This document shows, piece by piece, positions 16,300-31,600 of a stretch of DNA of 64,000 bases (its first letter is position 1; the number at the start of each line of letters is the position of its first letter). Below the pieces are notes generated by a model. That model was given only the letters and a program-made list of their open reading frames with translations. It was not told the DNA's origin and made no database searches. Both the position numbers and the translations under genes were made by a program. The stretch comes from the human T2T-CHM13v2.0 reference genome, Homo sapiens: NCBI RefSeq assembly GCF_009914755.1, contig NC_060937.1, one strand, 5' to 3'.

Positions 16300-19200
16300 G
16301 AAATATCAAAGTTCACAAACTATATATTATATACTGTACATAAAATATCAAAGTACCCAAGGTACATATTCTATACTGTACAAAAAATATCAAAGTACCC
16401 AAAGCATGTATTATATACTGTACATAAAATATGAAAGTACATCAAATATATATTTTATTCTGTACATAAAATATCAAAGTACACCAGATATATATTCTAT
16501 AGTGTACATAAACTATCAAAGTACCCAAACTATACATTATTTACTGTACATAAAATATGAAATGACATCAAATATATATTAGGTACATAAAATATGAAAG
16601 TACATCAAATATAGATTATATACTGTACATAAAATATCAAAGTACCCCAAATAAATATTATATACTCTACATGAAATATCAAAGTTCACAAACCATATAT
16701 TATATACTGTACATAAAATATCAAAGTACCCAAGGTATATATTCTATACTATACAAAAAACATCAAAGTACCCAAAGCATGTATTATATACTGTACATAA
16801 AATATGAAAGTACATCAAATATATATTTTATTCTGTACATAAAATATCAAAGTACACCAGATATATATTCTATAGTGTACATAAAATAACAAAGTACACA
16901 AACTATAAATTATATACTGTACATAAAATATGAAATTACATCAAATATATATTAGGTACATAAAATATGAAAGTACATCAAATATAGATTATATACTGTA
17001 CATAAAATATCAAAGTACCCCAAATATATATTATATACTGTACATGAAATATCAAAGTTCACAAACTATATATTATATACTGTACATAAAATATCAAAGT
17101 ACCCAAGGTATATATTCTATACTGTACAAAAAATATCAAAGTACCCAAAGCATGTAGTATATACTGTACATAAAATATCAAAGTACCCCAAATATATATT
17201 ATATACTCTACATGAAATATCAAAGTTCACAAACTATATATTATATACTGTACATAAAATATCAAAGTACCCAAGGTATATATTCTATACTGTACAAAAA
17301 ATATCAAAGTACACAAAGCATGTATTATATACTGTACATAAAATATGAAAGTACATCAAATATATATTTTATTCTGTACATAAAATATCAAAGTACACCA
17401 GATATATATTCTATAGTGTACATAAAATAACAAAGTACACAAACTATAAATTATATACTGTACATAAAATATGAAATTACATCAAATATATATTAGGTAC
17501 AAAAAATATGAAAGTACATCAAATATAGATTATATACTGTACATAAAATATCAATGTACAGCAAATATATATTTTATACTCTACATGAAATATCAAAGTT
17601 CACAAACCATATATTATATACTGTACATAAAATATCAAAGTACCCAAGGTATATATTCTATACTGTACAAAAAATATCAAACTACCCAAAGCATGTATTA
17701 TATACTATACATAAAATATGAGAGTACATCAAATATATATTTTATTCTGTACATAAAATATCAAAGTACACCAGATATATATTCTATAGTGTACATAAAA
17801 TATCAAAGTACCCAAACTATACATTATATACTGTACATAAAATATGAAATTACATCAAATATATATTATATTAGGTACATAAAATATGAAAGAACATCAA
17901 ATGTAGATTATATACTGTACATAAAATATCAAAGTACCATAAATATATATTATATACTCTACATGAAATATCAAAGTTCACAAACCATACATTATATACT
18001 GTACATAAAATATCAAAGTACCCAAGGTATATATTCTATAATGTACAAAAAATATCAAAGTAACCAAAGCGTGTATTATATACTGTATATAAAATATGAA
18101 ATTACATCAAATATATATTTTATTCTGAACATAAAATATCAAAGTACACCAGATATATATTCTATATTGTACATAAAATATCAAAGTACCCAAACTATAC
18201 ATTATATACTGTACATAAAATATGAAATTACATCAAATATATATTATATTAGGTACATAAAATACGAAAGTACATCAAACATAGATTATATACTGTACAT
18301 AAAATATCAAAGTACCCCAAATATATATTACATACTCTACATGAAATATCAAAGTTCACAAACTATATATTATATACTGTACATAAAATATCAAAGTACC
18401 CAAGGTACATATTCTATACTGTACAAAAAATATCAAAGTACCCAAAGCATGTATTATATACTGTATATAAAATATGAAAGTACATCAAATATATATTTTA
18501 TTCTGTACGTAAAATATCAAAGTACACCAGATATATATTCTATAGTGTACATAAAATAACAAAGTACAAAAACTATAAATTATATACTGTACATAAAATA
18601 TGAAATTACATCAAATACATATTAGGTACATAAAATATGAAAGTACATCAAATATAGATTATATACTGTACATAAAATATCAAAGTACCCCAAATATATA
18701 TTATATACTCTACATGAAATATCAAAGTTCACAAACTATATATTATATACTGTACATAAAATATCAAAGTACCCAAGGTATATTTTCTATACTGTACAAA
18801 AAATATCAAAGTACACAAAGCATGTATTATATACTGTATATAAAATATGAAAGTACATCAAATATATATTTTATTCTGTACATAAAATATCAAAGTACAC
18901 CAGATATATATTCTATAGTGTACATAAAATAACAAAGTACACAAACTATAAATTATATACTGTACATAAAATATGAAATTACATCAAATATATATTAGGT
19001 ACATATAATATGAATGTACATCAAATATAGATTATATACTGTACATATAATATCAATGTACCCCAAATATATATTTTATACTCTACATGAAACATCAAAG
19101 TTCACAAACCATATATTTTATACTGTACATAAAATATCAAAGTACCCAAGGTATATATTCTATACTGTACAAAAAATATCAAAGTACCCAAAGCATATAT

Positions 19201-22200
19201 TATATACTGTACATAAAATATGAAAGTACATCAAATATATATTTTATTCTGTACATAAAATATCAAAGTACACCAGATATATATTCTATAGTGTACATAA
19301 AATAACAAAGTACACAAACTATACATTATATACTTTACATAAAATATGAAATTACATCAAATATATATTAGGTACATAAAATATGAAAGTACATCAAATA
19401 TAGATTATATACTGTACATAAAATATCAAAGTACCCCAAATATATATTATATACTCTACATGAAATATCAAAGTTCGCAAACTATATATTATATACTGTA
19501 CATAAAATATCAAAGTACCCAAGGTATATATTCTATACTGTGCAGAAAATATCAAAGTACCCAAAGCATGTATTATATACTGTATATAAAATATGAAAGT
19601 ACATCAAATATATATTTTATTCTGTACATAAAATAACAAAGTACACCAGATATATATTCTATAGTGTACATAAAATAACAAAGTACACAAACTATAAATT
19701 ATATACTGTACATAAAATATGAAATTACCTCAAATATATATTAAGTACATAAAATATGAAAGTACATCAAATATAGATTATATACTGTACATAAAATATC
19801 AATGTACCCCAAATATATATTTTATACTCTACATGAAATATCAAAGTTCACAAACCATATATTATATACTGTACATAAAATATCAAACTACCCAAGGTAT
19901 ATATTCTATACTATACAAAAAATATCAAAGTACCCAAAACATGTATTATATACTGTACATAAAATATGAAAGTACATCAAATATATATTTTATTCTGTAC
20001 ATAAAATATCAAAGTACACCAGATATATATTCTATAGTGTACATAAAATATCAAAGTACCCAAACTATACATTATATGCTATATATAAAATATGAGATTA
20101 CATCAAATATATATTATATTAGGTACATAAAATATGAAAGTACATCAAATATAGATTATATACTGTACATAAAATATCAAAGTACCCCAAATATATATTA
20201 TATACTGTACATGAAATATCAAACTTCACAAACTTTATATTATATACTGTACATAAAATATCAAAGTACCCAAGGTATATATTCTATACTGTACAAAAAA
20301 TATCAAAGTACCCAAAGCATGTTTTATATACTGTACATAAAATATGAAAGTACATCAAATATATATTTTATTCTGTACATAAAATATCAAGGTACACCAG
20401 ATATATATTCTATAGTGTACATAAAATAGCAAAGTACACAAACTATAAATTATGTACTGTACATAAAATATGAAATTACATCAAATATATATTAGGTACA
20501 TAAAATATGAAAGTACATCAAATGTAGATTATATACTGTACATAAAATATCAATGTACCCCAAATATATATTTTACACTCTACATGAAATATCAAAGTTC
20601 ACAAACCATATATTATATACTGTATATAAAATATCAAAGTACCCAAGGTATATATTCTATACTTTACAACAAATATCAAAGTACCCAAAGCATGTATTAT
20701 ATACTGTACATAAAATATGAAAGTACATGAAATATATATTTTATTCTGTACATAAAATATCAAAGTACACCAGATATATATTCTATAGAGTACATAAAAT
20801 ATCAAAGTACCCAAAGTATAGATTATATACTGTACATAAAATATGAAATTACATCAAATATATATTATATTAGGTACATAAAATATGAAAGTACATCAAA
20901 TATAGATTATATACTGTACATTAAATACCAAAGTACCCCAAATATATATTTTATACTGTACATGAAATATCAAGGTTCACACACTATATATTATATACTG
21001 TACATAAAATATCAAAGTACCCAAGGTATATATTCAATACTGTACAAAAAATATCAAAGTACCCAAAGCATGTATTATAAACTGTACATAAAATATGAAA
21101 GTATATCAAATATATATTTTATTCTGTACATAAAATATCAAAGTACACCGGATATATATTCTATAGTGTACATAAAATATCAAAGTACCCAAACTATACA
21201 TTATATACTGTACATAAAATATGAAATTACATCAAATATATATTATGTACATAAAATATGAAAGTACATCAAATATAGATTATATACTGTACATAAAATA
21301 TCAAAGTACCCCAAATATATATTATATACTCTACATGAAATATCAAAGTTCACAAACTATATATTATATACTGTACATAAAATATCAAAGTACCCAAGGT
21401 ATATATTCTATACTGCACAAAAAAAACAAAGTACCCAAAGCATATATTATATACTGTATATAAAATATGAAAGTTCATCAAATATATATTTTATTCTGTA
21501 CATAAAATATCAAAATACACCAGATATATATTCTATAGTGTACATAAAATAACAAAGTACACAATCTATAAATTATATACTGTACATAAAATATGAAATT
21601 ACATCAAATATATATTAGGTACATAAAATATGAAAGTACATCAAATATAGATTATATACTGTACATATAATATCAATGTACCCCAAATATATATTTTATA
21701 CTCTACATGAAATATCAACGTTCACAAACCATATATTATATACTGTACATAAAATATCAAAGTACCCAAGGTATATATTCTATACTGTACAAAAGATATC
21801 AAAGTACCCAAAGCATGTATTATATACTGTACATAAAATATGAAAGTACATCAAATATATATTTTATTCTGTAAATAAAATATCAAAGTACACCAGATAT
21901 ATATTCTATAGTGTACATAAAATATCAAAGTACCCAAACTATACATTATATACTGTACATAAAATATGAAATTACATCAAATATATATTAGGTACATAAA
22001 ATATGAAAGTACATCAAATATAGATTATATACTGTACATAAAATATCAAAGTACCCCAAATATATATTATATACTCTACATGAAATATCAAAGTTCACAA
22101 ACCATATATTATATACTGTACATAAAATATCAAAGTACCCAAGTTATATATTCTATACTATACAAAAAATATCAAAGTACCCAAAGCATGTATTATGTAC

Positions 22201-25200
22201 TGTACATAAAATATGAAAGTACATCAAATATATATTTTATTCTGTAAATAAAATATCAAAGTACACCAGATATATATTCTATAGTGTACATAAAATATCA
22301 AAATACCCAAACTATACATTATATACTGTACATAAAATATGAGATTACATCAAATATATATTATATTAGGTACATAAAATATGAAAGTACATCAAATATA
22401 GATTATATACTGTACATAAAATATCAAAGTACCCCAAATATATATTATATACTCTACATGAAATATCAAAGTTCACAAACTATATATTTTATACTGTACA
22501 TAAAATATCAAAGTACCCACGGTATATATTCTATACTGTACAAAAAATATCAAAGTACCCAAAGGATGTATTATATACTGTATATAAAATAAGAAAGTAC
22601 ATTAAATATATATTTTATTCTGTACATAAAATATCAAAGTACACCAGATATATATTCTATAGTGTACATAAAATAACAAAGTACACAAACTATAAATTAT
22701 ATACTGTACATAAAATATGAAATTACATCAAATATATATTAGGTACATAAAATATGAAAGTACATCAAATATAGATTATATACTGAACATATAATATCAA
22801 TGTATCCCAAATATATATTTTATAATCTACATGAAATATCAAAGTTCAGAAACCGTACATTATATACTGTACATAAAATATCAAAGTACCCAAGGTATAT
22901 ATTCTATACTGTACAAAAAATATCAAAGTACCCAAAGCATGTATTATATACTGTACATAAAATATGAAAGTACATCAAATATATATTTTATTCTGTACAT
23001 AAAATATCAAAGTACACCAGATATATATTCTATAGTGTACATAAACTATCAAAGTACCCAAACTATACATTATTTACTGTACATAAAATATGAAATGACA
23101 TCAAATATATATTAGGTACATAAACTATGAAAGTACATCAAATATAGATTATATACTGTACATAAAATATCAAAGTACCCCAAATAAATATTATATACTC
23201 TACATGAAATATCAAAGTTCACAAACCATATATTATATACTGTACATAAAATATCAAAGTACCCAAGGTATATATTCTATACTATACAAAAAACATCAAA
23301 GTACCCAAAGCATGTATTATATACTGTACATAAAATATGAAAGTACATCAAATATATATTTTATTCTGTACATAAAATATCAAAGTACACCAGATATATA
23401 TTCTATAGTGTACACAAAATAACAAAGTACACAAACTATACATTATACACTGTACATAAAATATGAAATTACATCAAATATATATTAGGTACATAAAATA
23501 TGAAAGTACATCAAATATAGATTATATACTGTACATAAAATATCAAAGTACCCCAAATATATATTATATACTCTACATGAAATATCAAATTTCACAAACT
23601 ACATATTATATACTGTACATAAAATATCAAAGTACCCAAGTGATATATTCTATACTGTACAAAAAATATCAAAGTACCCAAAGCATGTAGTATATACTGT
23701 ACATAAAATATCAAAGTACCCCAAATATATATTATATACTCTACATGAAATATCAAAGTTCACAAACTATATATTATATACTGTACATAAAATATCAAAG
23801 TACCCAAGGTATATATTCTATACTGTACAAAAAATATCAAAGTACACAAAGCATGTATTATATACTGTATATAAAATATGAAAGTACATCAAATATATAT
23901 TTTATTCTGTACATAAAATATCAAAGTACACCAGATATATATTCTATAGTGTACATAAAATAACAAAGTACACAAACTATAAATTATATACTGTACATAA
24001 AATATGAAATTACATCAAATATATATTAGGTACATAAAATATGAATGTACATCAAATATAGATTATATACTGTACATATAATATCAATGTACTCCAAATA
24101 TATATTTTATACTCTACATGAAACATCAAAGTTCACAAACCATATATTTTATACTGTACATAAAATATCAAAGTACCCAAGGTATATATTCTATACTGTA
24201 CAAAAAATATCAAAGTACCCAAAGCATATATTATATACTGTACATAAAATATGAAAGTACATCAAATATATATTTTATTCTGTACATAAAATATCAAAGT
24301 ACACCAGATATATATTCTATAGTGTACATAAAATAACAAAGTACACAAACTATACATTATATACTTTACATAAAATATGAAATTACATCAAATATATATT
24401 AGGTACATAAAATATGAAAGTACATCAAATATAGATTATATACTGTACATAAAATATCAAAGAACCCCAAATATATATTATATACTCTACATGAAATATC
24501 AAAGTTCGCAAACTATATATTATATACTGTACATAAAATATCAAAGTACCCAAGGTATATATTCTATACTGTGCAGAAAATATCAAAGTACCCAAAGCAT
24601 GTATTATATACTGTATATAAAATATGAAAGTACATCAAATATATATTTTATTCTGTACATAAAATAACAAAGTACACCAGATATATATTCTATAGTGTAC
24701 ATAAAATAACAAAGTACACAAACTATAAATTATATACTGTACATAAAATATGAAATTACCTCAAATATATATTAAGTACATAAAATATGAAAGTACATCA
24801 AATATAGATTATATACTGTACATAAAATATCAATGTACCCCAAATATATATTTTATACTCTACATGAAATATCAAAGTTCACAAACCATATATTATATAC
24901 TGTACATAAAATATCAAACTACCCAAGGTATATATTCTATACTATACAAAAAATATCAAAGTACCCAAAACATGTATTATATACTGTACATAAAATATGA
25001 AAGTACATCAAATATATATTTTATTCTGTACATAAAATATCAAAGTACACCAGTTATATATTCTATAGTGTACATAAAATATCAAAGTACCCAAACTATA
25101 CATTATATGCTATATATAAAATATGAGATTACATCAAATATATATTATATTAGGTACATAAAATATGAAAGTACATCAAATATAGATTATATACTGTACA

Positions 25201-25500
25201 TAAAATATCAAAGTACCCCAAATATATATTATATACTGTACATGAAATATCAAACTTCACAAACTTTATATTATATACTGTACATAAAATATCAAAGTAC
25301 CCAAGGTATATATTCTATACTGTACAAAAAATATCAAAGTACCCAAAGCATGTTTTATATACTGTACATAAAATATGAAAGTACATCAAATATATATTTT
25401 ATTCTGTACATAAAATATCAAGGTACACCAGATATATATTCTATAGTGTACATAAAATAGCAAAGTACGCAAACTATAAACTATGTACTGTACATAAAAT
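16300..25500 (+). repeat. Split direct duplication: 16300-17430 vs 22830-23960 (offset 6533) and 18720-20470 vs 23750-25500 (offset 5031)
   Basis: Matching ORF starts with shared rare variants: 16671/23204, 16930/23463, 17212/23745; 19087/24118, 19346/24377, 19719/24750. Confidence 0.85.
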
Positions 25501-28500
25501 ATGAAATTACATCAAATATATATTAGGTACATAAAATATGAAAGTACATCAAATATAGATTATATACTGTACATAAAATATCAAAGTACCCCAAATATAT
25601 ATTATATACTCTACATGAAATATCAAAGTTCACAAACTATATATTATATACTTTACATAAAATATCAAAGTACCCAAGGTATATATTCTATACTGTGCAA
25701 AAAATATCAAAGTACCCAAAGCATGTATTATATACTGTATATAAAATATGAAAGTACTTCAAATATATATTTTATTCTGTACATAAAATATCAAGGTACA
25801 CCAGATATATATTCTATAGTGTACATAAAATAGCAAAGTACACATACTATAAATTATATACTGTACATAAAATATGAAATTACATCAAATATATATTAGG
25901 TACATAAAATATGAAAGTACATCAAATATAGATTATATGCTGTACATTAAATACCAAAGTACCCCAAATATATATTTTATACTGTACATGAAATATCAAA
26001 GTTCACAAACTATATATTATATACTGTACATAAAATATCAAAGTACCCAAGGTATATATTCTATACTGTACCAAAAATATCAAAGTACCCAAATCACGTA
26101 TTATATACTGTACATAAAATATGAAGGTACATCAAATATATATTTTATTCTGTACATAAAATATCAAAGTACACCAGATATATATTCTATAGTGTACATA
26201 AAATATCAAAGTACCCAAACTATACATTATATACTGTACATAAAATATGAAATTACATCAAATCTATATTAGGTACATAAAATATGAAAGTACATCAAAT
26301 ATTGATTATATACTGTACATAAAATATCAAAGTACCCCAAATATATATTATATACTCTATATGAAATATCAAAGTTCACAAACTATATATTATATACTGT
26401 ACATAAAATATCAAAGTACCCAAGGTATATATTCTATACTGTGCAAAAAATATCAAAGTACCCAAAGCATGTATTATATACTGTATATAAAATATGAAAG
26501 TACATCAAATATATATTTTATTCTGCAGATAAAATATCAAAATACAACAGATATATATTCTATAGTGTACATAAAATAACAAAGTACACAAACTATACAT
26601 TATATACTGTACATAAAATATGAAATTACATCACATATATATTAGGTACATAAAATATGAAAGTACATCAAATATAGATTATATACTGTACATATAATAT
26701 CAACGTACCCCAAATATATATTTTATACTCTACATGAAATATCAAAGTTCACAAACCATATATTATATACTATATATAAAATATCAAAGTACCCAAGGTA
26801 TATATTCCATAGTGAACAAAAAATATCAAAGTACCCAAAGCATGTATTATATACTGTACATAAAATATGAAAGTACATCAAATATATATTTTATTCTGTA
26901 CATAAAATATCAAAGTACACCAGATATATATTCTATAGTGTACATAAAATATCAAAGTACCCAAACTATAGATTATATACTGTACATAAAATATGAAATT
27001 ACATCAAATATATATTATATTAGGTACATAAAATATGAAAGTACATCAAATATAGATTATATAATGTACATACAATATCAAAGTACCCCAAATATATATT
27101 ATATACTCTACATGAAATATCAAAGTTCACAAACTATATATTATGTACTGTACATAAAATATCAAAGTACCCAAAGTATATATTCTATACTGTGCAAAAA
27201 ATATCAAAGTACCCAAAGCATGTATTATATACTGTATATAAAATATGAAAGTACATAAAATATATATTTTATTCTGTACATAAAATAACAAAGTACACCA
27301 GATATATATTCTATAGTGTACATAAAATAACAAAGTACAAAAACTATAAATTATATACTGTACATAAAATATGAAATTACATCAAATATATATTAAGTAC
27401 ATAAAATATGAAAGTACATCAAATATAGATTATACACTGTACATATAATATCAATGTACCCCAAATATATATTTTATACTCTACATGAAATATCAAAGTT
27501 CACAAACCATACATTATATACTGTACATAAAATATCAAACTACCCAAGGTATGCATTCTATACTGTACAAAAAATATCAAAGTACCCAAAGCATGTATTA
27601 TATACTGTACATAAAATATGAAAGTACATCAAATATATATTTTATTCTGTACATAAAATATCAAAGTACACCAGATATATATTCTATAGTGTACATAAAA
27701 TATCAAAATACCCAAACTATACATTATATACTGTACATAAAATATGAAATTACATCAAATATATATTAAGTACATAAAATATGAAAGTACATCAAATATA
27801 GATTATATACTGTACATAAAATATCAAAGTACCCCAAATATATATTATATACTCTATATGAAATATCAAAGTTCACAAACTATATATTATATACTGTACA
27901 TAAAATATAAAAGTACCCAAGGTATATATTCTATACTGTGCAAAAAATATCAAAGTACCCAAAGCATGTATTATATACTGTATATAAAATATGAAAGTAC
28001 ATCAAATATATATTTTATTCTGCACATAAAATATCAAAATACAACAGATATATATTCTATAGTGTACATAAAATAACAAAGTACACAAACTATACATTAT
28101 ATACTGTACATAAAATATGAAATTACATCAAATATATATTAGGTACATAAAATATGAACGTACATCAAATATAGATTATATACTGTACATATAATATCAA
28201 TGTACCCCAAATATATATTTTATACTCTACATGAAATATCAAAGTTCACAAACCATACATTATATACTGTACATAAAATATCAAAGTACCCAAGGTATAT
28301 ATTCTATAGTGTACAAAAAATATCAAAGTACCCAAAGCATGTATTATATACTGTACATAAAATATGAAAGTACATCAAATATATATTTTATTCTGTACAT
28401 AAAATATCAAATTACACCAGATATATATACTATAGTGTACATAAAATATCAAAGTACCCAAACTATACATTATATACTGCACATGAAATATGAAATTACA

Positions 28501-28699
28501 TAAAATATATATTATATTAGGTACATAAAATATGAAATTACATAAAATATATATTATATTAGTTATATAAAATAAGAAAGTACATCAAATATAGATTATA
28601 TACTGTACATTAAATACCAAACTACCCCAAATATATATTTTATACTGTATATGAAATATCAAACTTCACAAACTATATATAATATACTGTACATAAAAT

Positions 28700-31600
28700 A
28701 TCAAAGTACCCAAGGTATATATTCTATACTGTACAAAAGATATCAAAGTACCCAAAGCATGTATTATATACTGTACATAAAATATGAAATTACATCAAAT
28801 ATATATTTTATTCTGTACATAAAATATCAAACTACACCAGATATATATTCTATAGTGTACATAAAATATAAAAGTACCGAAACTATTTATTATATACTGT
28901 ACATAAAATATGAAATTGCATCAAATATATATTAGTTACATAATATATTAAAGTACATCAAATATAGATTATATACTGTACATAAAATATCAATGTACCC
29001 CAAATATATATTTTATACTATACATGAAATATCAAAGTTCACAAACCATATATTGTATACTGTACATAAAATATCAAAGTACCCAAGGTATATATTCTAT
29101 ACTGTACAAAAAATATCAAAGTACCCAAAGCATGTATTATATACTGTACATAAAATATGAAAGTACATCAAATATATATTTTATTCTGTACATAAAATAT
29201 CAAAGTACACCAGATATATATTCTATAGTGTACATAAAATATCAAAGTACCCAAACTATACATTATATACTGTACATAAAATATGAAATTACATCAAATA
29301 TATATTATATTAGGTACATAAAATATGAAAGTACATCAAATAGAGATTATATACTGTACATTAAATACCAAAGTACCCCAAATATATATTTTATACTGTA
29401 CATGAAATATCAAAGTTCACAAACTATATATTATATACTGTACATAAAATATCAAAGTACCCAAGGTATATATTCTATACTGTACAAAAAATATCAAAGT
29501 ACCCAAAGCATGTATTATATACTGTACCTAAAATATGAAAGTACATGAAATATATATTATATTCTGTACATAAAATTTCAAAGTACACCAGATATATATT
29601 CTATAGTGACCATAAAATATCAAAGTACCCAAACATTACATTATGTACTGTACATAAAATATGAAATTACATCAAATATATATTATATTAGGTACATAAA
29701 ATATGAAAGTACATCAAATATAGATTATACACTATATATAAAATATCAAAGTACCCCAAATATATATTATATACTCTACATGAAATATCAAAGTTCACAA
29801 ACTATATATTATATACTGTACATAAAATAAAGTCCCCAAGGTATATATTCTATACTGTAGAAAAAATATCAAAGTACCCAAAGCATGTATTATATACTGT
29901 ACATAAAATATGAAAGTACATCAAATATATATTTTATTCTGAACATAAAATATCAAGGTACACCAGATATATATTCTATAGTGTACATATAATAACAAAG
30001 TACACAAACTATAAATTATATACTGTACATAAAATATGAAATTACATCAAATATATATTAAGTACATAAAATATGAAAGTACATCAAATATAGATTATAT
30101 ACTGTACATAAAATATAAATGTACCCCAAATATATATTTTATACTCTACATGAAATATCAAAGTTCACAAACCATATATTATATACTGTACATAAAATAT
30201 CAAAGTACCCAAGCTATATATTCTATACTGTACAAAAAATATCAAAGTACCCAAAGCATGTATTATATACTGTACATAAAATATGAAACTACATCAAATA
30301 TATATTTTATTCTGTACAAAAAATATCAAAGTACACCAGACATATTTTCTATAGTGTACATAAAATATCAAAGTACCCAAAGCATGTATTATATACTGTA
30401 CATAAAATATGAGAGTACATCAAATATATATTTTATACTGTACATAAAATATCAAAGTACACCAGATATATATTCTATAGTGTACATAAAATATCAAAAG
30501 TACCCAAAATATACATTATATACTGTACATAAAATATGAAATTACATCAAATATATATTATATTAGGTACATAAAATATGAAAGTACATCAAATATAGAT
30601 TATATACTGCACATTAAATACCAAAGTACCCCAAATATATATTTTATACTGTACATGAAATATCAAAGTTCACACACTTTATATTATATACTGTACATGA
30701 AATATCAAAGTACCCAAGGTATATATTCTATACTGTACAAAAAACATCAAAGTACCCAAAGCATGTATTATATACTGTACATAAAATATGAAAGTACATC
30801 AAATATGTATTTTATTCTGTACATAAAATATCAAAGTACACCAAATATATATTCTATAGTGTACATAAAATATCAAAGTACCCAAACTATACATTATATA
30901 CTGTACATAAAATATGAAATTACATCAAATATATATTATATTAGGTACATAAAATATGAAAGTACATCAAATATAGATTATATACTGTACATAAAATATC
31001 AAACTACCCCAAATATATATTATATACTCTACATGAAATATCAAAGTTCACAAACTATATATTATATACTGTACATAAAATATCAAAGTACCCAAGGTAT
31101 ATATTCTATACTGTACAAAAAATATCAAAGTATCCAAAGCATGTATTATATACTGTATATAAAATATGAAAGTAAATAAAATATATATTTTATTCTGTAC
31201 ATAAAATATCAAAGTACACCAGATATATATTCTATAGTGTACATAAAATAACAAAGTACACAAACTATAAATTATATACTGTACATAAAATATGAAATTA
31301 CATCAAATATATATTAGGTACATAAAATATGAAAGTACATCAAATATAGATTATATACTGTACATATAATATCAATGTACCCCAAATATATATTTTATAC
31401 TCTACATGAAATATCAAAGTTCACAAACCATATATTATATACTGTACATAAAATATCAAAGTACCCAAGGTATATATTCTATACTATACAAAAAATATCA
31501 AAGTACCCAAAGCATGTATTATATACTGTACATAAAATATGAAAGTACATCAAATATATATTTTATTCTGTACATAATATATCAAAGTACACCCGATATA

